In this document: in pieces, positions 54,686 through 64,000 of the stretch
Numbering within the stretch: position 1 is the first letter of the stretch
Layout of the letters: every line of letters begins with the position of its first letter
NCBI GenBank assembly: GCA_964016885.1
Contig: OZ024742.1
Coordinates: 49,290,001 to 49,354,000 of the forward strand
DNA from: Eledone cirrhosa
Lineage: Eukaryota
Direction of reading: 5' to 3'
DNA: 64,000 nt
Position numbers and translations under genes: made by a program
The notes under the pieces: model-generated
Seen by the model: the letters and a program-made list of their open reading frames with translations, nothing else
Database searches by the model: none
What the model was told of the DNA's origin: nothing

Positions 54686-56537
54686 TAATACATATACAAT
54701 TACAATATTAATAATTAATAATGATAAGGATAAAATTATAATTTTTTTCGACTTCTAACATCATCTTTAGAAATAATAAATCTCAATGTTTACATATATG
54801 ATACGATTTTGATAGGTTTGATCTCCAATGATGATCAGAGATCAAATCGATCAAAATATAGTGTAGATATAAATAATTTTTAAAAATCGTATTATCTCAG
54901 GAAAGTGAGTTTACTTGTCTGAAAAATAACAATCACCTCAATAACTCCTCATCTCAGTCAGTTAATCATTTAATTAATAATGATGATGAAGATTATTGTT
55001 ATAAGAATGTTGTAAATTAGGACAGAGCTTAAATTATTTAGGGAAATATTACAGTTGAATGAAGCAACAACAGTACATATCTGGTAACTCATTTATTGAT
55101 TTTGGCAGGATTTGAACTAAATAGCAACATCATTTATTTTGGCAGAATTTGAATTCAAAACAGATCCAAAACTAAATAGCAACACTGATTTCTTGTATTT
55201 GGTGGAACAGAACCATAGATTTTAGAGGAGAATGATTTATTAATTTAATTGATCTCATTATTTTAGCAACTCAGTAAAGATGTAAAATAAAGTTATCCTC
55301 AACATGGTTTGAACTCATAAAATTCAAGTAAATATTGGACCCTCTACTGACCCTCTACTGATTCTGCTTATCCATTATTATTTCAATAAAAGTTATAAAA
55401 TAGGTTTTAGTATGTGTAATTTAATATATAGTAGTTTATTTCTTTGTAATACTGACTTCAACATTTGTCATCATTTTGAAAAAAACCTCTGTAACACTCG
55501 ATTTCAAACCCAAATTCCAAAACTTTTGATGTGTCTTGCTGTTTATTGGATCTGGTCCTAATTATTGTTTACAATGAAGAGCACATACATAGCTATTTAT
55601 CCAATTCCTACACACAATGAAAAGCAAATTGATTCTGGACATCATAGCTAATGATTTGACCATTAAAAGTTTCTTAATGTGTTTCATAATAAACCTGCCC
55701 CAAATTGTTTCTGATTCTATGAAAGAAAGTCACCCTTTATAAAGGGTTTTTATTTATATTAATATGTTTGAACATAATTTTATATGAGACATATGGTAAA
55801 TCGCTATATTAGTTATGAAATAATACATAATTTTAGTAAATCCTTCAGAATTCTTCATTGATTGTTTGAAAAAGTATGCTTTTGTTCCTGAAAGAGTTGT
55901 ATGTATTTTTTTTTTTTTTTTGTGGGGCATTCTGTGTTCAGAGAGTGAAACTGACCCCATGCAAAGCTTTTCTCCACTTAAAAAAGCTTCAAGCCCACGC
56001 ATCACTTGATATGTGATATTTTTTACAATGCATGGTATTGCTGGCCCTAAGCAAGTCCCTAGCAGGACTAAAAGCCATCTCCGTGATGCTCATGCTTATG
56101 TATCAAGCGGTGGCCTTACTCAAAAGAGAGTTGCAGCCATGTATGTATTTACAGTGACAAACACCTAGGTTAGCAATTTAAGTCTATTCTTTAATTTCAA
56201 CATTCGTTTCAATACAGTTACAATAGTACATGCATATGCAAACACTTGGAAATAATAGATTAGAAATTATTGACAGTATACAGAATACTTATAACTGCAT
56301 TTCTTCAGGAAATGTGAGAAGGAACAAAGTTTACCAAATTCAAAAAGTAATAAGAATAGACTCCATATCAAACACTATGCATAAATTAAGCAATTAAATA
56401 CTAAAACATATTGTACATAGAGTTATTGCAACATATATATATTTATAAGTACATATATCTATATTTATGCATGTATACATATATATATATAGAGATATAG
56501 ATATGTGTATGTATATATATATGTGTATATATATATA

Positions 56538-56770
56538 TCATCATCATCACCATTTTACGTCTGTTCTTCCATGCTAGCATGGGCTAGAAGGGTTGTCCTG
56601 TTGTGGGCAGTGTCCAGTCGGCTGACCTTGTCTTGCTCATACAGGAACTGATTCTGGCTTGATTTCTACAGCTGGATGCCCTTCCTAACACCAACCTCGT
56701 TTACAGTCAGTGCTGGGTGCTTTTTTTCCGTGGCACCTACATGTCCACTTTACAGTGTGGGCTGGGGCAT
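56538..56770 (-). mobile_element. S3 SINE, 5'-truncated
   Basis: Homologous to 37168-37400. Confidence 0.82.
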
Positions 56771-56798
56771 ATGAAATATACTTAGCATTTGACAACTA

Positions 56799-57145
56799 CC
56801 GTATTTCCCGTCGTCAAAGATGTTTTACCTTTAATGACGCACCACAATTCTGACAACCAAAAATTTGAAAAACAATGATAAACATAAAAATAAGGTCCCA
56901 GCACTTCTTGTTACCAAATTTTTAACATTTTTTTTTTTATATATTGTTCATTTACTACTTTAACTCAGTATAATTTATACACTTCAATGAGAGGTCTTAT
57001 ACAGGAGTTCAGATTACGGTCATCATAAATAATTTTCCTCTGGGGTTAGGATATGCAACCATTGGCCTCCAGGACACATGCTAGATTTTCAAGACTTATT
57101 TTATGAAAAAAAAAAAAATAGCATCTTCGATACCAGGAAATACAG
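56799..57145. mobile_element. Tc1/mariner-pogo type MITE
   Basis: TA|CCGTATTTCCCGTCGTCAAAGATG ... CATCTTCGATACCAGGAAATACAG|TA. Confidence 0.7.
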
Positions 57146-59006
57146 TATGTAGAAAGGGCTTTTCTTACAACTTCAGTAAACTTCCCACTGCATAACGTTC
57201 AAACTTCTATGAAGTGCTTTCCTGAAAACCTCAATACTCTCACTTCTATGAAGGGCTTCCCTCAAAACCACAGTAACCTTGTTGCCCCAAGGCATACAAA
57301 CTTATATGCAGGAATTTCTTCAACTAGTGTTGCCCCACAATCTACAAATTCATAAACTTTAACAATATTTTATTCCATCACAACACACAGCGTCACTAGT
57401 TTTATCAGACGCAATATTTTTCTTTCTTTATTGTTAGTTATATTACTAAATACCTTGAAATTCTTGATTATTTTAAATATCATTTGAAAATTATAGGCTT
57501 TCTCATTACAAATATATTAACAAAAGAGGATTATAAGATTCTGCCAATGTCATTATTGTGGCAGTCTTGACCAAATACATAGGAAACAGTTTATTATCAA
57601 CTTTAAAGAAAAGGTTGCCAGTTGATTGTAAGGCCGACCATTTTTAGAGGCAAGCTGCTGAGCCCGAATGTACCAACTTCATGCTCTGTGTATTTGTGTA
57701 TTTGTGTATGTATGTGTATTTATATATGTGTGTGTTGTATTTTCTGTATATACTGTTTGTATGTGTATTGATTCTTTATAATAAATCACACCTAGCATGC
57801 ATCATTTGTACTTCATCTATTTTCTGAAGGTCTAGCTAGCTAATGAAATTTCCTAATTTACGTAATCCACATTCTCAGACATAAACACAAAGAACACACT
57901 TGCTTCCTTTGCTTCTGTTTCATACAAATTCATGTATGTGATGGCAGCGTTGGCTGTGGTGATGATACCAATGGTTTCTGTGCTGTGCTGGTAATGTTGG
58001 TGGTTTTGGTGGTATTGGTGGTGGTGGTTGTAGTGAAGATGTCTTTGTGGTTGTTGTAATATCATGTGTGGCAATGGTGGTGTCTATGATGGGGGCATTG
58101 GTGTTGGTTGTGCTGGCAATGTAGGTAACATTGGTTGTTGTGGGAGTATTAGTAGTGGCAGTTGTTGTGTTGAAAGTATTGGTGATTATGGTGTGAGTGG
58201 TAGTAGCAGTGGATAGGAAGAACAACACTTAATTCCTTCTAACTGGTGAGATTGCATTATAAATATATGTAGACAGACACATGTATGTAAAAGAATTGTG
58301 ATCTATCAATAGATTTTGTCTCCTTTTGATTAACTATTTCCATGGTAAAGAATCCAATGTGAATTTCTTTATAGATTTTCATTTTCTTATCTTGTTTTAT
58401 TATTACTATTCTTTTATTTAGTTTTTCTTGTCTAAATTGGTCACGATGTCTCACAATTGCAAATTAGATTTCACAAGACTATCATCATCATCTTCCTCTC
58501 CTTTCTCATCATCGTGATATCAGTAACATATAGTAGAAAATGCTGTAATACATTTTTGTTTTGGGAAATTGTAATTTAATGTCTTGTGACAGCTTTACAA
58601 GCTATATAGTGAGATGTTGCCTGTAAGGTAGTTCAACAAGGAACTTTGATTTAATGTGCAGGCAGATGGCCATTGGGCCCCAATTCTCAATCCCTACTTT
58701 TTATTATATTTCTTTAAAACTATAATAAAACAGAAGAGTTTAAGATTTGCTGTCCATCAGAATTTTGGTATGCTCAAGAACTAGTTCTCATAGATAAAGG
58801 TGTTGTAGGATTAAAGAAGAAATTATGAGAAATAAAAGCAAAGCCTTGAATGATGAAGCCTTAATGTAAATTCAGCAGACAAACATTTTAGCAGGGAAGA
58901 ACACAAGATCCTAGAGATATCTGGATGTTCACAAGATACAGTTAGATCATAGGTAAGCTGACAAAGAACATAATTTAATAGATGCACATTGATTGTTAGC
59001 ATTTGG

Positions 59007-59173
59007 GCAGTGAATTGGCAGTATTGGTAGAGTGTCGGACGCCATGCTTTGACGCATAGAGTTACAGCCCTTGCCATTCTGAGGTCAAACCCCGTCGAGG
59101 TTAACTTTGCCTTTCATCCTTATGGGGGTCGATTGGGATAATTGCTGGCCTTGTGCCAATAGTAGAAAGAATT
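59007..59173 (+). mobile_element. S2 Nin-domain tRNA-SINE
   Basis: Same consensus as 39055, with a small internal deletion. Confidence 0.85.
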
Positions 59174-60746
59174 ATTTGATAGCATTAACACGACCCATTA
59201 AATATATTCTTTCAAATATTCTTTCAGAAGGGTTTCTAGAAGTGTCTGAGACCTTCTTTTACCAAGGTTAACTTGTTGCAGTAGAAGTGGATATTTGAAA
59301 AGCATAGTAGCCAAAGTAAGAATGGGTACAAAAATGTTCAGGGTCAAAAGGGCATTCTCTCTCTAACCGCCCCTGGTGTATTTATACAATGTGTAATGTT
59401 GCATATTAGAAAATAAAAGCATCAAATGCAAGACTGTGCAAAATCTTAAACGAAATCAGGCGAATAGGCTCTTCTAAATGTGTGTACCTAAACAATAGAC
59501 CACAAATGAGAGAAAAACATGTTATAAGCCAATCTGATGTACAATACAAGAGTTATGCTTATGGATATGCAATGTGTATGAAGAATGAGAGTTAGCTATA
59601 AACGTGCTTGATGATCCAAGTAGAAGTCTATAGGAGAGGAATACATAGGAGAAAGTGAAGATTAACCTTAGCATGACACTTACAAATGAGATGTTAAAGC
59701 AATGCAACAATTGGAAAGGTGCAAGCATAGAAAACTGAAATAAAAATATACATTTAGGTATTAATTGAGGTTGCATGTCTCATGATTAAAGTAGGGTAGG
59801 TGGTTTGTCTATTCAAATATTCATATATTACCCTAGTACATTACTGGCGCTTTATTTTATCGACCCCATAAGGATGAAAGGCAAATATAACCTTGGCGGG
59901 ATTTGAACTCAAATATGATAATGTGTATAATGTGTATAATGTGTATAATTCATATACTATGAATAAAATATAATATACACTATAGTATAAGCACACACTG
60001 AAGCACAAATATATATATACACGACCATTATTGAATATAATAGCGTATTTCTTTAATTCACAACATAAGAGTAAGGTAAATACATTTTATTAAAACAAAG
60101 CTAAAAGAATAAGATTTATCATAATATTAGTATTAAATGAAGCATCATTATATCCCATATTCTACACATTGTATTAACTATGTACAACAAGTACCCTCCC
60201 CACCTCCAAAAATACTCACACAAACATATACCTATCTACATACAAATATTCAATTAGACTTGTTTGTATTCATCTCACTCATTAAAATAGGAATTCAATT
60301 CAAATGATTTTATTAAACCAGCGTTATAACAATGGGGTTTATTATATTAAAATAGTAAGTGTTTAATGAAGCATCTGTCTTCTTGTAGTAGACATTCTAT
60401 AAAACATTCTAAATTTATGAACATCATTTCACAGTTCCGATCCAATGAAATCATTTGATTCTTCAATTATCTTCTGGTAAGTTTTATTGTGTTGCTGGAA
60501 GTTTTGTGATGTTAAATAGAAAATACTTAGACAACTTAAATATGAAGTGAACATTATTTTTGAAATAATAAATTAGACAACATAAACTAGGAAGTGAACT
60601 ATATTCATGTATGGACACATAATGTCTGAAGGATTCATTGGGGTGCCAGAGTGACATATGATATGCTTCGACCATTTTAATCCTGGTGGAGCCCCTCCTA
60701 TCTCCATGTCTAAAAACAGATTTCTTTCATATATAATATTTATATA

Positions 60747-61123
60747 CATGGCTTAGTGGTTAGAGCATTGGTCTTGCAATCGAAAGGTTGTGAGTTCAAT
60801 TCTCAGCAGACCGGGTGATGTGTTGTTTCCTTGAGCAAGACACTTTATTTCACATAGCTCCAGTTTACTCAGCTGTAGAAATGAGATGATAGGGACTGGG
60901 GTCCATATCATTCCACTGCAGAGTGGTCGTGGAAGTGCCACGGCAAAAAAGCACCCAGCCCAAACTGTTAAGTGGACGTGTAGGCTCCACGGAAAAAAAA
61001 GCACCCAGCACTCACTGTAAATGAGGTTGGTGTTAGGAAGGGCATCCAGCTGTAGAAATCAAGCCAGAATCAGTTCCCGTCCCACCCTTGCAAGCAGGGA
61101 AAAGCGGACGTAAAATGAAATGA
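60747..61123 (+). mobile_element. S1 SINE, near full length
   Basis: A and B boxes, CORE-like block, RTE tail. Confidence 0.9.
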
Positions 61124-61145
61124 TATATACATATATATATATATA

Positions 61146-61192
<47 letters not shown>

Positions 61193-61310
61193 GGAAAGTG
61201 TGTGTGGAGGGAGAGAGAGAAAAGAAAGAATCATCTCCAGTGTTGTTGATGAAAGTTTGTTTCTATGTTCGAAAATCTGTTCATCAAAAAAGGTTGGGTT
61301 CACATACTCC

Positions 61311-61574
61311 TCACTTGCTTTCAAAAGACATATTTGTTGAGACTGTCACAAAATGCTGTGAATGTAAAACTTTTCTGAAGGCTGCTCTTTCTAGCGTCCG
61401 GATGTCACCTAATGTAGCGTGTGAATATTTGTGATGATGATGGTTTTGGTAATTGGTATTTGTCCATTTTTCATTGTTCAGTTGTTTACAATCATTGTGG
61501 TCTGGCAGTGTTTTCATGGAAACTTTTGGTTTGGTAGGTGTTAAGTATAACTTTGGCCTGTCCCATATGAAGCG
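61311..61574 (-). CDS. Candidate coding exon of an unidentified gene
   Basis: Acceptor ttttgtttgttt...aaacag|, 87 open codons (RFIWDRPKLYLTP...), in phase with upstream candidate 61760-61875. No homology recognised. Confidence 0.3.
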   Translation of the reverse strand, partial: RFIWDRPKLYLTPTKPKVSMKTLPDHNDCKQLNNEKWTNTNYQNHHHHKYSHATLGDIRTLERAAFRKVLHSQHFVTVSTNMSFESK

Positions 61575-61759
61575 CTGTTTGAAATGTCGTTGAATAAACA
61601 AACAAAACATGATTGTTACTTAAATAATTTTTATTAAGGAATAACCTGCTCCAAGATTATTAATTATAACATAGGAAAAGAAAGCTGTGTTGTATATTTT
61701 TGTATGCGTGTGTGCAGAGAGTTCGAAATATGTTATACAATGTTAAGGCATGAACTGAC

Positions 61760-61875
61760 CTTTTGTTGCAGAAGAACAGGAATAGAGCTTGTTGGCTCTT
61801 GTCGATAGGCCCACAATCTGATGTGGTTAATTACTACATCGCTTTGCTTGCTGGAATCAACTGAATGTTTAGTCT
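61760..61875 (-). CDS. Candidate coding exon of an unidentified gene
   Basis: Pyrimidine tract plus cag acceptor, donor AAG|gtcagt, open frame TKHSVDSSKQSDVVINHIRLWAYRQEPTSSIPVLLQQK. Confidence 0.3.
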
Positions 61876-62529
61876 CTGCTTTGAGAGGCGAGAGCAGAAT
61901 GAGATGATGAAGTTGGTTAACTCAGGTGAAATCCAGTTGGATACTTTCCCCAGACTGGTGACAGCAGTCAAGAAACAAAGGAACTCAATATCTATCTGCC
62001 CGAAAAGGTCAGTGTGATTGGTCACCTTGACCTACATCACCAACATGAGAACAAAAGTTCAAATTACTGCTACACACACACATGTATAGATATATATAAA
62101 AGCAAAAGTCCACCTATCCCCTTAAACTGAACATAAACAAATCTACCCCAATCCAAGGTTGTCCACAAGTACAGTTTAATGATATAATAGCTAATCCAAA
62201 AGGGACCCTGATGCTAGCCACCTGTCTTCATGTACCTCAGTCCACACGGCATCAAGACATTTGCGTTTGTAATTTCAATCTATATTTATTGTCAGCATAT
62301 CTGTTTGAGGGAAAATGTGAACTGTGCTATGATGCAATTTGATGTAGATCCTTTATTTTGAAATACATTATATTGTAATAAGAGTACCAATATAACTATA
62401 TGGGTCAACATAATGCAATTTAGCTCTGTACGTAACATACAACACTCTTGTTCCTTTATCTAGTCTACAAAATCTCACAACACACTCACCCTCACTCTCT
62501 TTCTCTCTTTCTATTCCTCTCCAATAAAT

Positions 62530-62672
62530 GTGAAGACTAAAATCCGAAGAGGGCTCGATAAGGATGATATATATATAAAATATATAAAACCATAGAGCAA
62601 ATATTTATTAAAATAACAGATTAAAGTTTAAGCAAAAAATCGCTGCTCTCACCCTCAAGGGGATCTTCTGAT
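62530..62672 (-). mobile_element. Fragment of the CAGAAGA-core PLE-like family
   Basis: Minus strand CAGAAGA-tccccttgagggt-GAGAGCAGCGATTTTTT-gcttaaactttaatctg...CCTTATCGAGCCCTCTTCGG. Confidence 0.7.
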
Positions 62673-62927
62673 TAATATATATATATATATATGTAATGTA
62701 GGAAAGTAACACATTAGTTGATATATATAAAAATAAATAGTAGAGAAGAAAACATTTTTTCAGTCGAAAATGCTGAAGAGATTCTTTCAGTATAATATCA
62801 AAACATTTATTTATTTATAAAGTGGATATTTCAGCATCTAATAATACCAATTTCAGCATTATATTTGTTTTCAACTGCGGATATGCATAATGTAGTTATG
62901 CTGCATATTTATACGAATTATAAAAAG

Positions 62928-63107
62928 GGGAAGAACAATTATTAGTTTTTAGATACATATTTAGAGAGGAAAGTTCATATCTCTGTCCATGTTTGTCCTT
63001 CTTTCTCTATTAGTTGGCTGACTAACAGAGAAAGAAGGACAATACGGACAGAGATATGAACTTTCCTTTCTAAATATGTATGTAAAAACTAATCATTTTT
63101 CTTCCCA
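62928..63107. repeat. About 180-bp imperfect palindrome
   Basis: GGAAAGTTCATATCTCTGTCC..TTGTCCTTCTTTCTCT pairs with AGAGAAAGAAGGACAA..GGACAGAGATATGAACTTTCC. Confidence 0.88.
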
Positions 63108-63434
63108 CTTTCAACTATCGGTAGAGCGTCGGACAAATGCTTTGCGGTATTTAGTTATGTACTAGTTAAGTTCTATGGTCTATATAAACAACTTTCTTTA
63201 TTCCTCAAATTGGTGGGGGGTTGTGCCAATGCTAGAAAAATTCTAAACATAATGTCCACACCAATTTTACGTTGTTCAACATACAAAGAAAATGTTCAGT
63301 TATTTTGCGCTATCTAAGTTTTGTTTTATCATTCTTTTTACTTTGGCTCGATCTTTATATTTCAATCAGACTTGTACCATCTTTCTCAGCCCACTCACCC
63401 ACACAGTCTCTCTCTTATATATATATATATATAT

Positions 63435-64000
63435 GTGGAACAGTAAGGTGGAGGAGTCAATTAAGGCCAAAAAGTAGTCTTGGAAAGTATGGCGGGATGG
63501 GGGAAGTAGAGAAGACTATCAAGTGGCCAAGAGGGAAGCTAGGAGACAAGTGTACTTCGCAAGAAGGGAAGCAGAGGAAAGAAAATTCAAGCATGTTCTA
63601 CAACGCGAGGACCAAAAACGTGATGTGTTCAGGATTGCTAGGCAATGTGTCAAGGAAAACCGTGATATTGTCGGGGAGAAGTGTGTCCTTAATGATGATG
63701 GTGTACTTGACATCAGTGACGCTGATAAGAAGGTAGCTTGGGAGTGTCACTACGAAAGGCTACTAAATGAGGAGAATAAATGGGAGAAAGACAGTCTCCC
63801 CCACATCGATCCAATAGAGGGACCAGCAGTGTTAGTCGAAACTAGTATAATAAGTAAGGCAATCAAAGATATGAAGACGGGTAAGGTGGCTGGGCCTTCA
63901 GAAATAGTTGCTGAAATGCTGAAAGCTTCTGGAACGGTGGGACACACCAAAGTCACCCAGATAGTAAACCAAGTCATACAGAATGGGGTTGTTCCGAAGG
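63435..64000 (+). mobile_element. 5'-truncated RTE-clade LINE (linker and start of RT), runs off the window
   Basis: WNSKVEESIKAKK*..YQVAKREARRQV..AWECHYERLLNEEN..KAIKDMKTGKVAGPSEIVAEMLKA. Starts at a (TA)n tract. Confidence 0.9.

Noticed and set aside
55906-56150. Relatively GC-balanced segment beside a poly(T) run, possible retrocopy or terminal exon
   Set aside because: No long ORF, no target duplication and no recognisable homology.
57853-58228. Thr-rich or His/Gln-rich ORFs (mucin-like)
   Set aside because: Degenerate (GTG/GTT)n trinucleotide repeat with no support for an exon.
60695-60712. RHGDR, resembling the histidine phosphatase motif
   Set aside because: It lacks the RHGxRxP proline, the R spans a putative splice acceptor, and no downstream motifs are present.
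60747-60815. tRNA-like sequences with A and B boxes (also at 29700 and 49150)
   Set aside because: These are SINE heads: there is no acceptor stem and they continue into the SINE body.
62768-62812. aaatg-CTGAAGA-gatt...atc-AAAA-cattt
   Set aside because: No GAAA and no stem III or cleavage triplet. At best a decayed HHR.

Overview
Very AT-rich, microsatellite-saturated animal genomic DNA, most likely a cephalopod such as Octopus (inferred from the 5S sequence, the SINE repertoire and the (TA)n density). Nearly all ORFs in the supplied track are microsatellite or repeat artefacts. No recognisable host gene is present, only low-confidence minus-strand exon candidates at about 60.5-61.9 kb. The window is mostly mobile DNA: RTE-clade LINE fragments, four SINE-like families, Helitrons, two MITEs, a Tx1/L1-like 3' end and a 5S rRNA copy. 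The main hidden signal is about 20 type I hammerhead ribozyme (HHR) motifs from at least 10 sequence-distinct families. Almost all sit in (TA)n tracts, most have a palindromic stem III, and many occur as back-to-back inverted (fold-back) copies. One is linked to a GIY-YIG endonuclease remnant, which identifies the class as Penelope-like elements (PLEs). The most unusual items are an ORF-less, highly structured ~490-nt tandem HHR unit at 7331-8087 (retrozyme/circRNA-like), an HHR with a 116-nt stem II, HHR families with a fixed CAG rather than CUG core, a 5S copy in tandem with a tRNA-SINE, and a 236-bp identical templated copy 34 kb from its source. All calls were made by eye; no database searches or folding programs were run.
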